From Bdellovibrionales bacterium (GTDB taxonomy: Bacteria > Bdellovibrionota > FAC87 > UBA2466): 64,000 bases of DNA. Below the pieces are notes generated by a model that saw only the letters and a list, made by a program, of their open reading frames with translations, searched no databases and was not told where the DNA came from. Location: positions 9,737-73,736 of the forward strand of contig SXPJ01000083.1 of the NCBI GenBank assembly GCA_005776395.1. The letters are read 5' to 3'. Below, piece after piece: positions 19,822 through 30,588 of the stretch. The stretch's first letter is position 1. Each line of letters starts with the position of its first letter. The translations under genes were made by a program, and so were the position numbers.

Positions 19822-20661
19822 TCACGTTACGTGGCCCCACTTTTCGGGTAGCGCACTCTTAATCACCTTTTCAACTTCGCTTGCAGTTTCCTCAAGTGCT
19901 TTTCCAGTAATATCAAATACAGGCCACCGGCGATTTCGTCTAAAAAGATCTTTGCAAAAATCTATCTCCGCAATTACGTGATTGAGATTGGCATAATCAC
20001 CACTGGGGCTCTCCCCCATTTTAACCAATCGCTCTCTTCGAATTTTTGCCAGTGTCTCGGGATCGATAAGTAGCCCAATAATTTTTCTTTGATCGGTCTG
20101 AAACAATTCTGGGGGAGGCTCGATGTCCTTAACTAACGGAACATTCGCAACCTTCCATCCCTTATAAGATAAATAAACACTCAAAGGAGTTTTGGAGGTT
20201 CTTGAAAGACCGACTAAAATAATATCTGCACGATCTAGGCTGTCCGCATATTTGCCATCATCATGTTTTACAGTGAATTCAATGGCTTCAATCCTCTTAA
20301 AATAATTCTCGTTAACCTGATGAAACAACCCAGGCTGAGATTGAGGGTTCTTCTTAAGATACCTAGAAAGTTTTTCAAGCAGAGGGCCTAACAGATCCAC
20401 TGTGGGTACCCCGGTCTGTTGACTTATTGAATCGATGAATTTTCTAAGATTGTCTGAAACCACAGTGTAAACCACAATGGCGTTAACCGCGTGAGCCTCC
20501 TCAAAAATTGATCTCACCTGAATTTCGGTCCGAATATTCTTAAACCTAATAATTTTTAATCCCTCTCTCACATATTGCAAAAGAGCTGCTTTAATCATCT
20601 GATCTGCGGTTTCCCCGGTTCCATCAGATATGACATAAATTTGGAGATCTATTTCACTCAT
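19822..20661 (-). CDS. ppsR: PEP synthase/pyruvate dikinase regulatory kinase/pyrophosphorylase (DUF299)
   Basis: ISDGTGETA, YFKRIEAIEFTVKHDDG, GLSRTSKTPLS.YL, KALEETA. Confidence 0.95.
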   Translation of the reverse strand: MSEIDLQIYVISDGTGETADQMIKAALLQYVREGLKIIRFKNIRTEIQVRSIFEEAHAVNAIVVYTVVSDNLRKFIDSISQQTGVPTVDLLGPLLEKLSRYLKKNPQSQPGLFHQVNENYFKRIEAIEFTVKHDDGKYADSLDRADIILVGLSRTSKTPLSVYLSYKGWKVANVPLVKDIEPPPELFQTDQRKIIGLLIDPETLAKIRRERLVKMGESPSGDYANLNHVIAEIDFCKDLFRRNRRWPVFDITGKALEETASEVEKVIKSALPEKWGHVT

Positions 20662-20700
20662 AGAGGATCCTCATAGGAAGTTGTCGGAGTACAGCGAGCT

Positions 20701-21996
20701 TCATGGAGTCTTAGGTTCCTCAATCAATTTTAACCAACTCGCAGTCGAACGCATGATTCGAATTTTAAACTTAGCCCCCTCTTCTAAATACTCTTTCTTT
20801 AACACTTTAGAGTACTCATGAATTTGAGATTGCAACCATGTGTTCTCATAAGAAATTACAATTTCAAGTTCGATCATGTCCCTTTCGAAGTATCCAAAAA
20901 TAGTATTTCTTAACCTCTTCATGTCTTCAGGATTCAATGAAGATACGACAAGGCTATCAATATATTTTCGTTCTAATATCTTCGGCAAAAAGACCTCTTG
21001 CACAAGATCAGCTTTATTAAATACCCACATAGTAGGTTTCGAACCCGCCCCAATATCATCCAGTACCTTTGTCGTCACTTCCAGATGACGAGAATAGCTC
21101 TCCGAAGAAAGATCGACTACGTGAAGTAAAAGATCTGCCTCAAGAACCTCTGCCAGTGTCGAACGAAATGAAGCCACCAAACTATGGGGCAATTTATCAA
21201 TAAACCCCACAGTATCGCTCAATAGAATCGGAGGACGGGTTTTCGGATCTATAACTTTAACAGTCGAATCTAAGGTCGCAAACAATCGATCGTCTACATA
21301 AACCTGACTGGTCGTCAAATTGTTCATAAGAGTAGATTTCCCTGCATTGGTATATCCCACAATGGCCACACGAAGGAACTTATCCCCTCGATGAGCACGC
21401 TGAATCTGTCTCTCTGTCGCTGTATGAGCCATCTCTTCTTTGAGACGGGAAATACGATTTCGAATCAAACGTCGGTCCAACTCAATCTGTCTTTCACCGA
21501 CCCCTTTTAAACCAATCCCCCCTTTTTGCCGTTCTAAGTGGGTCCATCGGCGTGTTAAGTGGGTCGCAAGGTACTCAAGACTTGCGAGTTCGACCTGATT
21601 CTTGGCCTCTTTGGTTCGCGCGTGTTTCGAGAAGATTTCAAGAATAACACCGGTTCGATCGACAACGCGACACTGGAAGACCTTTTCTAAATTTTTCTGT
21701 TGGGTTCCCGTAAGTTCATTATCAAACGCCACAATGGAACAACCATGCTCTTTAACTAACTGACCAATCTCTTCTGCTTTACCTGTACCGACATACATCG
21801 CTGGATGGGGTTTATCCTTTTTTTGAATTAAGGAGTGAGTAACCTCCCCCCCTAAGGTATCAATTAAGCGATTAAGTTCGGCTAAACTACTTTCAATTTC
21901 CTGTGTAGTTTCCCCAGAGAGCTGCATTCCCACCATCAAAACTTTCTCTTTTTGTTCCAAAGAGATCGTAGGACGATTTTTATGACTTGAGCTCAA
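20701..21996 (-). CDS. hflX: Ribosome-splitting GTPase HflX
   Basis: GYTNAGKSTL, LFATLD, DTVGFI, NKAD. Confidence 0.96.
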   Translation of the reverse strand: MSSSHKNRPTISLEQKEKVLMVGMQLSGETTQEIESSLAELNRLIDTLGGEVTHSLIQKKDKPHPAMYVGTGKAEEIGQLVKEHGCSIVAFDNELTGTQQKNLEKVFQCRVVDRTGVILEIFSKHARTKEAKNQVELASLEYLATHLTRRWTHLERQKGGIGLKGVGERQIELDRRLIRNRISRLKEEMAHTATERQIQRAHRGDKFLRVAIVGYTNAGKSTLMNNLTTSQVYVDDRLFATLDSTVKVIDPKTRPPILLSDTVGFIDKLPHSLVASFRSTLAEVLEADLLLHVVDLSSESYSRHLEVTTKVLDDIGAGSKPTMWVFNKADLVQEVFLPKILERKYIDSLVVSSLNPEDMKRLRNTIFGYFERDMIELEIVISYENTWLQSQIHEYSKVLKKEYLEEGAKFKIRIMRSTASWLKLIEEPKTP

Positions 21997-22439
21997 TTAC
22001 GCTCACCTTGCTCTTGATCTCTAACCTCACAAAGATAGATAGAGGTAAGTCCCTGACAGGTCCATTCACACCACTCAGAGGGAAGTTGACCCTTTTCAGA
22101 GATAATCGCTAGAGACTTTAAAGCCAGGGTCTGACAATTTTGTTCCAAACTTTTTTTACCACTCATTGCCGAACATAATACCACATATGGAGCTTTTATC
22201 TTATTCATTGAAGGCACAAAAACGGGCAGTTCCCCCATCTTCTCAAGAGCGCGACGAAGTTGATGGTTTAATGTCCAATCCAAGCAACGAAGACTCTCAT
22301 TGCTCCAGTCTTGCTGACTCTTCGGTTCTACCAACACCACCACACCGTCAACTTCAAAAGTTCCTAAGGCTTCGGGATTATTGTCCAGTGTCACTCTAAC
22401 AATTTCAGCCATAAAGCCTTCCTCATCAGTGGGTTTCAT
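21993..22439 (-). CDS. Hypothetical protein, possibly M17 peptidase N-terminal-like domain
   Basis: LDWTLNHQLRR resembles the DWxL motif of deltaproteobacterial proteins next to nusB. Confidence 0.45.
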   Translation of the reverse strand: MKPTDEEGFMAEIVRVTLDNNPEALGTFEVDGVVVLVEPKSQQDWSNESLRCLDWTLNHQLRRALEKMGELPVFVPSMNKIKAPYVVLCSAMSGKKSLEQNCQTLALKSLAIISEKGQLPSEWCEWTCQGLTSIYLCEVRDQEQGERN

Positions 22440-22447
22440 TTTTAAGA

Positions 22448-22879
22448 CTACTTGGCTTTATTAGGATTGGGATTCAACTGCCGAATTTTATCTAATATTC
22501 CGTTAATAAAGCTTGGACTACTCTCCGACCCAAACTGCTTTGCAACTTCAATCATTTCATTAATAGAAACTGTAGCCGGAATATCATCACAAAAAAGAAT
22601 CTCATAAACACCTAATCGAAGTGCATTTCTATCCACTGCTGCCATGCGATCTGGTCGCCAATTTTCAGATGCTTCCTTGAGAACAGTATCAATACTTTCA
22701 AGCTTTTCAGTAACGCCCATCACTAAACGGTGGGTGAACTCATCCACCTGTTTTTTATCTAATGAGTAAAAATCTTCAAAGTGTTTAAGCGCCTTTTGAA
22801 TAGAGAGTTCTTGATTAAGATCCAGCTGGAACAAAACCTGAAGAGCTTCGATTCTATTTTTCCTACGTGTTGATTTCAT
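22448..22879 (-). CDS. nusB: Transcription antitermination factor NusB
   Basis: RRKNR..ALQ.LFQ, W..DRM..VDRN.LRL, INE.IE.AK.FG, FINGILD. Confidence 0.96.
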   Translation of the reverse strand: MKSTRRKNRIEALQVLFQLDLNQELSIQKALKHFEDFYSLDKKQVDEFTHRLVMGVTEKLESIDTVLKEASENWRPDRMAAVDRNALRLGVYEILFCDDIPATVSINEMIEVAKQFGSESSPSFINGILDKIRQLNPNPNKAK

Positions 22880-24114
22880 AATTCACTATAGATAGGGAAT
22901 CGACGGCATAACTCCATCACTTCCCCTTTTACCTGCTTCACAGTGGACTCACTATAATCCGAAATAACTCTTGAAATAGACTTAGCTAGCCAAGCCATTT
23001 CCGACTCTTTAAGCCCTCGAGTAGTTATTGCAGGGGTTCCAATTCGAATACCACTGGTGACAAATGCACTTGCAGTTTCAAAAGGAACCGTATTTTTATT
23101 GGCCGTGAGTCCCACGCGATCTAAACGCTCCTCGGCCTCTTTACCCGTGATCCCCTTGTTACGCAAGTCAATCAGGATAAGATGATTATCCGTTCCCCCA
23201 CTCACCAGAGTAAAACCCTCTCCAAGAAGGTGTTCTGCCAAACTTTTACAATTTTTAACCACTTGAACTTGATAGTCTCGAAACTCAGGGCTCATGGCCT
23301 CTTTAAATGCTACGGCCTTAGCCGCAATCACATGCATTAACGGCCCCCCTTGAATTCCAGGAAAAATTCTAGAGTTAATCTTTGCCTTTTGAGGTTCTTT
23401 AAAAAGAATAATTCCCCCTCTTGGCCCTCTGAGTGTTTTATGGGTTGTACTCGTGACAATATCGGCATGCCCCACAGGGGTAGGATGTAATTTTGCGGCT
23501 ACCAATCCAGCGATATGGGCCATGTCCACAAGGAAGAAGGCTCCCACATCTCTGGCTATCACACCCAATTTTTCAAAATCAATAATACGGGAATAGGCAC
23601 TGGCCCCTGCAATAATAAGTTTAGGCTTGTGCTTGTGGGCTAAGTCTCTGACCTCATCATAATCAATCAGATGAGTATCTGGCCTGACTCCATAAGAAAC
23701 CACCTTAAATAAAAGCCCAGAGAAATTAACTGGGTGACCATGAGTTAAATGGCCTCCGTGAGATAGATTCATGCCCAAAATGGTATCCCCTGGAGACAAG
23801 AGAGCTAGGTAGGAAGCCATATTGGCCTGGCTCCCTGAATGGGGCTGAACATTAGCAAAATCGGCCCCAAATAATTGGCAGACTCGCTCTATCGCTAAAG
23901 CTTCAACTTTATCAACAAACTCGCAGCCTCCGTAATACCGTTTTCCGGGATAGCCTTCCGCATATTTATTTGTAAGGACTGTTCCCTGAGCCTCCATTAC
24001 GGCTCTTGAGGCGATGTTTTCACTGGGAATCAGTTCTAATGAATTTTGCTGCCTGTACAGCTCTTCCTGAATAAAGCCTGCGATAACGGGATCAGTCTCT
24101 CTAAGATGCTCCAT
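22876..24114 (-). CDS. glyA: Serine hydroxymethyltransferase
   Basis: [35 protein letters not shown]; start moved to ATG 24114 (GGAG SD). Confidence 0.97.
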   Translation of the reverse strand: MEHLRETDPVIAGFIQEELYRQQNSLELIPSENIASRAVMEAQGTVLTNKYAEGYPGKRYYGGCEFVDKVEALAIERVCQLFGADFANVQPHSGSQANMASYLALLSPGDTILGMNLSHGGHLTHGHPVNFSGLLFKVVSYGVRPDTHLIDYDEVRDLAHKHKPKLIIAGASAYSRIIDFEKLGVIARDVGAFFLVDMAHIAGLVAAKLHPTPVGHADIVTSTTHKTLRGPRGGIILFKEPQKAKINSRIFPGIQGGPLMHVIAAKAVAFKEAMSPEFRDYQVQVVKNCKSLAEHLLGEGFTLVSGGTDNHLILIDLRNKGITGKEAEERLDRVGLTANKNTVPFETASAFVTSGIRIGTPAITTRGLKESEMAWLAKSISRVISDYSESTVKQVKGEVMELCRRFPIYSEL

Positions 24115-24574
24115 GTTTTTTCTCCAAGGCTGTAATAAGATCAATTCGTCGTTGGTGTCGCCCACCCGCAAATTCGGTTTTCAACCAGCTAGAAGCTGCC
24201 TCAACCGCAGTTTCTAAAGTTATCAGTCTTGCTCCAAAAGTGATCACATTGGTATTGTTATGTTCCTTCGAGAGTTTAGCAGAGATGGTGTCCCACACAG
24301 CAACAGCTCTAATTCCAGGTATTTTATTGGCCGCTATAGCCACTCCAATACCCGAACCACAAATTAAAATTCCTCGAGCTGAGTTTTTAACTACACTGTC
24401 GGCTACTTTCTCGGCAAACTCAGGATAATCACACGACCCCTCGCTATGACAACCCACATCTTGCCAGACCATTTCAGGGAATTTTTTTTTTATTTGGTCT
24501 AAAAAAGCTAACTTGAAGCAATACCCCGCGTGATCGGATCCTACATATATTAAATTGTTCATGCTTGGGCTCAA
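24101..24574 (-). CDS. rpiB: Ribose-5-phosphate isomerase B
   Basis: SDHAG, DYP, CGSGIG, ANK, HNN.N, GGRH.RR. Confidence 0.95.
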   Translation of the reverse strand: MSPSMNNLIYVGSDHAGYCFKLAFLDQIKKKFPEMVWQDVGCHSEGSCDYPEFAEKVADSVVKNSARGILICGSGIGVAIAANKIPGIRAVAVWDTISAKLSKEHNNTNVITFGARLITLETAVEAASSWLKTEFAGGRHQRRIDLITALEKKHGAS

Positions 24575-25803
24575 ATCTTTTTAAAGATGAGTGTAGCGTT
24601 TGTTCCACCAAAACCAAAGGAATTCGACATGGCATAGTCAATTTTCATTGCCTGAGGAATATGAGGAACATAATTCAAATCACATTCGGGACTCGGATTT
24701 TCCAAATTAAGGGTAGGAGGTGCTATTTGATGTTCAATGGCTTTCACACAATAAACGGCTTCAATAGCTCCAGCCGCACCTAATAGATGTCCAGTCATAG
24801 ATTTTGTTGAACTGACAGCAAGCTTTTTCGCGTGATCTTTAAAAACACTCTTTACCGCGATCGTTTCATTCGTATCCCCCATAGGCGTCGATGTCCCGTG
24901 GGCGTTGATATACTGGATCTGTTCGATATTGAGTTTAGCATCATTTAAAGCAAGCTTCATACAACGAGCAGCCCCTTCCCCCTCTGGAGCAGGCTGAGTA
25001 ATATGGTAAGCATCGCAGTTTAGACCATACCCCACAACTTCAGCTAGGATTTTGGCCCCTCTTTTCTTAGCGTGTTCATATTCCTCGAGCACCATGATGG
25101 CAGAACCTTCAGCTATAACAAAACCATCCCGATCCCTATCGAAAGGTCGAGATGCTTTAGAGGGCTCGTCATTACGAGTAGATAAAGCTCTTAAGGCACA
25201 AAAACCACCTACACCCAATTCACAGATGACAGCCTCGGCCCCACCCGCAAACATGACATCTGCCACGCCACTCTGAATGGACTTAAAAGACTCTCCGATT
25301 GCGTGAGAACTTGAGGAACAGGCAGTGGTGATACAGGTGTTGGCCCCTTTTAATCCATACTTTAAAGAGAGCTGCCCAGCAGCTAGATTTCCAATAACCG
25401 CAGGGATAAAAAAGGGGCTGATTCTGCGTGGCCCCTTCTCTAATAACTCTTTGTATTGGGCCTGAATTTCAGGAAGCCCACCAATACCAACCCCTACAAT
25501 AGATCCGATTCGCTCCAGGTTCTCTTGGGCTAAATCTAACCCAGAGTCCCCCATGGCCTCAGTACCAGCCACCAAGCAGAGCTGGATAAAACGATCCATC
25601 TTCTTTAGGTCTTTGACCTGGAAATGCTCTTCGGCTTTGTACCTAACCACCTCTCCACCTATTCGGGAAGAGTATTGGGAGGCATCAAAAAGTGTAATCG
25701 GACGGATACCCGACTTTGACTGCGTCAATGACTCCCAGTTCTCTTTAACTGTAAGTCCAATGGGACTAAGAGCCCCAGTTCCTGTGACGACTACCCGTCT
25801 CAT
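24571..25803 (-). CDS. fabF: Beta-ketoacyl-ACP synthase II
   Basis: TACSS, NAHGTST, KSMTGHLLGAAG, SFGFGG. Confidence 0.97.
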   Translation of the reverse strand: MRRVVVTGTGALSPIGLTVKENWESLTQSKSGIRPITLFDASQYSSRIGGEVVRYKAEEHFQVKDLKKMDRFIQLCLVAGTEAMGDSGLDLAQENLERIGSIVGVGIGGLPEIQAQYKELLEKGPRRISPFFIPAVIGNLAAGQLSLKYGLKGANTCITTACSSSSHAIGESFKSIQSGVADVMFAGGAEAVICELGVGGFCALRALSTRNDEPSKASRPFDRDRDGFVIAEGSAIMVLEEYEHAKKRGAKILAEVVGYGLNCDAYHITQPAPEGEGAARCMKLALNDAKLNIEQIQYINAHGTSTPMGDTNETIAVKSVFKDHAKKLAVSSTKSMTGHLLGAAGAIEAVYCVKAIEHQIAPPTLNLENPSPECDLNYVPHIPQAMKIDYAMSNSFGFGGTNATLIFKKI

Positions 25804-25809
25804 ATTTTT

Positions 25810-26043
25810 TTAGTTCACTTTTGTTTTGATGTAACTGATAACGTCGTTGACCGTTTTGATCTTCTCAGCATCTTCATCTGGAATTTCTAGATCAAACTCT
25901 TCTTCCATGGTCATGACCAATTCAACGATGTCTAAAGAATCGGCTCCAAGATCATCAATAAAGGAGGCTTCTGGAATTACGGTTTCCATATCTACGCCTA
26001 ATTGCTCAACAATAATACTTTTAACTTTTTCTTCTACAGACAT
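25810..26043 (-). CDS. acpP: Acyl carrier protein
   Basis: [17 protein letters not shown]. Confidence 0.98.
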   Translation of the reverse strand: MSVEEKVKSIIVEQLGVDMETVIPEASFIDDLGADSLDIVELVMTMEEEFDLEIPDEDAEKIKTVNDVISYIKTKVN

Positions 26044-26101
26044 TGCGATTTTCCTCCGCTGTAAATTCTGTATTTTTCACAAAACACTGATTCGGGGAGG
26101 C

Positions 26102-26130
26102 AGACTAGCAGTGAAAAGCTCACCTTGCAA
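26102..26130 (-). promoter_or_regulatory. Sigma-70 promoter of the acpP operon
   Basis: TTGCAA-17-TAGTCT with extended -10 TG. Confidence 0.55.
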
Positions 26131-26280
26131 GTATTCCTTCCCTTACTCAAACCATGAAAATAGTTCATGAAAAAGTATAACCTAAAAAAGTCTAACTCAA
26201 AAAACCATCAAATGCGAGCAATGTCCTTGTCTTCTCTGTACTATCGATGTGGAAAGCCATTTTTACGAATTTTAAAAAGA

Positions 26281-26889
26281 TTAATGGAGTCTAAACCACT
26301 CTGAAACAGGCTTAAGCTCAGGTTTAAAGATCATCAAAACGAAAATCATAATAAGAGGAAAAAGGCTGAATAAGTTAACCCCTAACCGAAACCACAACAG
26401 CTGTGTGATTTGCGTTGGCAGAATTTGCGACTTTTCGTCTAACGTATTAAACAATTTATTAACTCGATACTGAGTAGGGATATCCAAAACCACCCATACA
26501 ACGCCAGAGAATAAAAAGGTCACAAAAGCACAGCTTAACCAACCTATATTCCACACCCCCCCTAAACTGGTCGCCATTAATATCCCTGAGACTACAGCGA
26601 TTAAAATAAGTGGTGCAGTTAAAACCGAATCCATCCAAGTCACCGTTTGGTAAGTATATCGGATAACATCTGCTCTCTTTGAGATAAGCCCACGGGTTTC
26701 CCAAAGAGTTCCAATGACCGCATTAGCAAAAACCGTACTTACCGATAAGACATGAAAAAATTTTGCGTAGAGATGAATTTCTGGATGCGAAAAAAGAGTT
26801 TTGAAATAGGACGGAAAAAGCAGCCCAAAACCAATTAAAGAGGCCATACTCCCCAAACAACCTTTGAGTGCCGGAGAGACTCTAGACAT
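26281..26889 (-). CDS. DUF2269-like integral membrane protein
   Basis: KFFHVLS, D..LTAP, W..LDIP.Q, C-terminal LMIFKP; about 5 hydrophobic segments. Confidence 0.7.
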   Translation of the reverse strand: MSRVSPALKGCLGSMASLIGFGLLFPSYFKTLFSHPEIHLYAKFFHVLSVSTVFANAVIGTLWETRGLISKRADVIRYTYQTVTWMDSVLTAPLILIAVVSGILMATSLGGVWNIGWLSCAFVTFLFSGVVWVVLDIPTQYRVNKLFNTLDEKSQILPTQITQLLWFRLGVNLFSLFPLIMIFVLMIFKPELKPVSEWFRLH

Positions 26890-27682
26890 GAGACAGCCCT
26901 TTAATTAAACCTCGATTCATCGAGTTAACCAAATAAGAGATCTCTCCACGGTGAGCTAGTATGTGATCAGGCTTTCTTTTAAAAAAAGGCCCTTCACAAA
27001 GGACATTCCCCTCAGTAAGTGAAACAGAAAAGAATTCAGCCTTATAAAAAGAGCTGTTCACATTGACATAATCAAAGGTTTTACCCTGATTAAAAAAAGA
27101 GATGTCGTTAAACAAACAATAGTCGCTTGATAGTTTAACGATTTCAGCTTCCCTTGAGTCTGAAGTTGGAAGATCAATCTCTACTTGATGAGTTAAAGTA
27201 CTAAAAGCCACTTTAAGGCGATCGGACAATAGATACTGAAGAGGAACAAGTTTTCCACAGCCGTATATTTGGGTAACTAACCATTCAGCAAAATCACAGA
27301 TAAGACCTATCAGGCTTTTCTTAGACTCCTTTGAAACAAAGGGAGACTCACAGAAAACAAAAATTCCCTTACGACCCAAAGAATCCTCAACAAACGTATT
27401 AATCTCTAATCTAGACTTCTTAATAGCGGACAACTCAGGCTTCGGATAACGAAGCTCATAAAAATTATAACTAACCCAATAATGAGGGGTTTCATCTAAG
27501 TGAGTGAATCTGATGGGAAGCAACTTAAATCCGTCTGGGAGAACAGCTTTAACCTTTTCAATTTCATCGGGGCTTAACTTAAAATTTACAAAGATAGGAT
27601 CCTTAGTTTCCAAGCTAAAACAGGTCCTAAGCCCCAGCCCCAACTCCATAAATTTAAAAATAACCTTTTTTATAAAAAACAT
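26882..27682 (-). CDS. Hypothetical protein, possibly acetoacetate-decarboxylase-like fold
   Basis: F.NF.L...V..LP.GF.L.P, RLEINTFV...GRKG..F pattern reminiscent of ADC/DUF2071. Confidence 0.45.
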   Translation of the reverse strand: MFFIKKVIFKFMELGLGLRTCFSLETKDPIFVNFKLSPDEIEKVKAVLPDGFKLLPIRFTHLDETPHYWVSYNFYELRYPKPELSAIKKSRLEINTFVEDSLGRKGIFVFCESPFVSKESKKSLIGLICDFAEWLVTQIYGCGKLVPLQYLLSDRLKVAFSTLTHQVEIDLPTSDSREAEIVKLSSDYCLFNDISFFNQGKTFDYVNVNSSFYKAEFFSVSLTEGNVLCEGPFFKRKPDHILAHRGEISYLVNSMNRGLIKGLSHV

Positions 27683-27688
27683 CGGTGA

Positions 27689-28141
27689 CTAACCCATTTT
27701 CAAAACAAGTTTATAAAGAAACCCTATCCCAGGTATTACTCCGATGGACTCCATAGGATCGTAATACTCTCTTTGTCGGACTATTTTCCCCTTTTCAATT
27801 TCAGCATGAACTAGCCCATGAATGGTAAACCGAAATGGCGTAAAGCGGATTTTCATATTAAGAACCCACTTCCAAACAACGTAAGACTCCCCATCATGAA
27901 CTAAAGAAAATTCAAAGGGCTCATTTTTAAGTCGAGGAACATATTTTCGAAGCATCTCTAGAACACCGACTTTTCCGTGGATCTCATGAACGGGATCAAT
28001 GTAATGAATGAGATCAGCAAACACGCTTCCCATACAGGCTAAATAGGGTTCAAGATCACCTTTTTTTAAAAGAACCTTAGAAGCATACTCCACCCTTTGG
28101 CCCACAGTAGAGTACTGAGAAAAATCTGGGATTGTGTTCAT
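27689..28141 (-). CDS. NTF2/SnoaL-like protein
   Basis: F...I.Y.DP....G; GKIVRQREYYD. Confidence 0.8.
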   Translation of the reverse strand: MNTIPDFSQYSTVGQRVEYASKVLLKKGDLEPYLACMGSVFADLIHYIDPVHEIHGKVGVLEMLRKYVPRLKNEPFEFSLVHDGESYVVWKWVLNMKIRFTPFRFTIHGLVHAEIEKGKIVRQREYYDPMESIGVIPGIGFLYKLVLKMG

Positions 28142-28187
28142 TTTACAACCTTAGTAATCCGTTCATAAGTAAACAGGAGAGAAATTC

Positions 28188-28655
28188 TCAAAACATCATC
28201 CCGCGAGTGAAGGCCAATTTATCTGTCCCTTTTAATCGAATGGCTTCAATAATCCATCCTCCAGAAATTTTTCTCAATTGAACCTCTCGCTCGTTGATCT
28301 CATGGGTAGTTTCAGTCCCCTGTTTATTCTCGAGCGTTACTTGATAATGAACCCAAGCAGTATCATCCTGCGTGGTTGCATTTTTAATTTCAATTTTTTC
28401 TATTTTCAATTGGCTACTTAAGTAGGCTAATTTAAACTCCTCTTCTGACATGCGTTCAAACGCTCTTCTTAAATCCCCCCCGCAAGATTCAATTAATCTT
28501 TTTTTGTCATCCGTAGTTCTAGCTGAAGCTGAGAGTTCCACAAAGGCTTTTACAACCCCCGAAGGATTAAGCTCCGATAAAGAAGCTGTTTGACTTTGCT
28601 GATGCTTGGTACATCCCAGGAAGAAAATTAAAAATGCAAAAATTAGATTTTTCAT
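28188..28655 (-). CDS. Lipoprotein with NTF2-like (DUF4878-like) domain
   Basis: Start moved to MKNLIFAFLIFFLGC (lipobox); P..VV.AF and V.LRK..G.W.I. Confidence 0.65.
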   Translation of the reverse strand: MKNLIFAFLIFFLGCTKHQQSQTASLSELNPSGVVKAFVELSASARTTDDKKRLIESCGGDLRRAFERMSEEEFKLAYLSSQLKIEKIEIKNATTQDDTAWVHYQVTLENKQGTETTHEINEREVQLRKISGGWIIEAIRLKGTDKLAFTRGMMF

Positions 28656-28785
28656 AGTAATCAATTGTAAACGACAAATCGAATAACTGGCAAAAAAAAA
28701 AGCTTTTAAGAGCCCTTTCATGAACCTGCTTTTTCCGCTAGACTGTCGTCTTGCATTAAACAAAGGGCGGAGGTAATTCTACTCT

Positions 28786-29994
28786 ATGAAAGTAAATGGG
28801 ATCATTATCGGAGCCGGAATTATCGGAAGTGCCATTGCCTACGAATTGTCTCGCCAAGGCATGTCCGATCTGCATGTAATTGATCCAGACCTTGAAGGGC
28901 CCTTAAGCAGCACAGAAAGGAATGCGGGAGGTGTTCGTCACCTTTGGCAACAACCTATCAACCGAGAGCTTTCTAAACACTCTATTGCTCTATTTGAAAA
29001 GTTAAAAACCGAAATCGGTTTTAATCAAACGGGCTATCTCTGGCTTTTTGGTAAAGGTGAAGAAAAGGCCGGAAAAGAGATGTTAGCCCGAACCCAAGGC
29101 CACAACTTAAGCTACGAGGAGCTCTCTGTTTCCGAGATCAGATCTCGATATCCTTTTCTGGATAAAACTGATGATTTGGCTTTCGCCATCTTTGGAGCAA
29201 AAGACGGGCTCATCAATTCAAATAGCCTTAAACAATATTACAGAACAGAAGCCAAAAAGCAGGGGGTCATTTTCCATGACCGCCATGTGGTTCATTCGAT
29301 GTTAGAAAAAGCAGGAAAAGCTCAAATTACTCTCTCTACAGTCACTTCAGATATAGCTGCCCAGGACCATTTAAAAAACCCCGAGTCTTTGCTAAAAAAA
29401 TCGGGCCCAATAACTTGGACCGCCGACTTTGTTATTTTAGCAGCTGGAGCTTGGTCCAGAGAATTACTCATTCCTCATTTAACTCACCCTTTAATCGAGC
29501 CTATTCGAAGGCAGATTATTTTATTTAAGGCCGAGAACTTCCATATGAATGAATATGGCATGATAGTCGATACCTCTAGAGTCTATTTTCATCCCGAAGG
29601 AGGAAATATTCTAGCGGGACTCGTTCTTAAGAACGAAAAACCCGGCTTTAATTTTGATGTAGATCCTGACTTCTTTGAATCCCATATCTGGCCCGCATTA
29701 TATGAGCGTTCCTCCTCGCTAGAGAAATTAAAGGCTATCACGGGTTGGGGTGGGCTCTACAGCTACACTCCTGACACCTCCGGAATTCTTGGAAAAGTAC
29801 CAGGAGCCCAGACTCTTTATGAATGCCATAGTTTCACAGGACGTGGCGTCATGCAAAGCTATGGAGCTGCAATTGCCTTAAGTGAACTTATTCTGAAGAA
29901 ACAATTCCAAACCATTGATGCTTCATGTCTATCTAGAGATCGATTCCTAACTGGCCATAGCGAAGAGTTGCTTCCAGAGGGACTTCATATTTAA
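28786..29994 (+). CDS. FAD-dependent oxidoreductase, DAO family (sarcosine oxidase beta-like)
   Basis: GAGIIG, ST.RNAGG.R, AAGAWS, W.GLY.YTPD. Confidence 0.88.
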   Translation: MKVNGIIIGAGIIGSAIAYELSRQGMSDLHVIDPDLEGPLSSTERNAGGVRHLWQQPINRELSKHSIALFEKLKTEIGFNQTGYLWLFGKGEEKAGKEMLARTQGHNLSYEELSVSEIRSRYPFLDKTDDLAFAIFGAKDGLINSNSLKQYYRTEAKKQGVIFHDRHVVHSMLEKAGKAQITLSTVTSDIAAQDHLKNPESLLKKSGPITWTADFVILAAGAWSRELLIPHLTHPLIEPIRRQIILFKAENFHMNEYGMIVDTSRVYFHPEGGNILAGLVLKNEKPGFNFDVDPDFFESHIWPALYERSSSLEKLKAITGWGGLYSYTPDTSGILGKVPGAQTLYECHSFTGRGVMQSYGAAIALSELILKKQFQTIDASCLSRDRFLTGHSEELLPEGLHI

Positions 29995-30094
29995 ATGTTA
30001 AAAAACTGTACCCCATAAATAAGCGAATTTTTCCACAATCTCTTAATAGTTTTTCACGATCTTCCGACAAGGAGTCATACCTTTAGGAGATTCT

Positions 30095-30487
30095 ATGAAA
30101 AAACCAGTCGTAAAAAGTGAAAAGACAGCAAAAGCAAAAAAAACAAAATCGGTCGCTACTTCCGAAAACAAATCTTCTGACAAATCATTAAAAAAAGTGG
30201 TCGCTAAAGCCAATAGTTCAGGGAAGGCTTGCAAAGTCTCCTCATGTAAAAAAGAGTATCGTGCCAAAGGCTATTGCAAGGCTCACTACAAAAAGTGGAG
30301 ACAAGGGACTTTTGGAATCGCCCGATACAAAACCTGCGGATCTTTAGATTGTCGCAAACCTATGCTTATGAACCGTCATGGTTACTGCGAAGACCATTAT
30401 CAAAGTTACTATGTCAAAGGCATAGAGGTAGCTAGAGCAGCTCCTGCTCAAAAACCGGCCGCCGAGAAAAAAGAGGCAACTGGCTAG
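30095..30487 (+). CDS. Lys-rich protein with two Cys/His zinc-finger-like repeats (myxobacterial vegetative protein VegA-like)
   Basis: H1-like K/A/S-rich N-terminus; CxxxxC...GYCxxHY twice; AGGAG SD. Confidence 0.65.
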   Translation: MKKPVVKSEKTAKAKKTKSVATSENKSSDKSLKKVVAKANSSGKACKVSSCKKEYRAKGYCKAHYKKWRQGTFGIARYKTCGSLDCRKPMLMNRHGYCEDHYQSYYVKGIEVARAAPAQKPAAEKKEATG

Positions 30488-30515
30488 TCTTAGGCTCTGA
30501 CTTAAAATTATTTTC

Positions 30516-30555
30516 AAGGGGATCTTCTAACAATGAAGATTCCCTTTTTCTTTTC
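30516..30555 (+). terminator. Intrinsic terminator
   Basis: aaggggatcttc...gaagattccctt followed by T-runs. Confidence 0.7.
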
Positions 30556-30588
30556 AAGCCCCCTCTTTTGAGTTACCGTTTCAAATGA

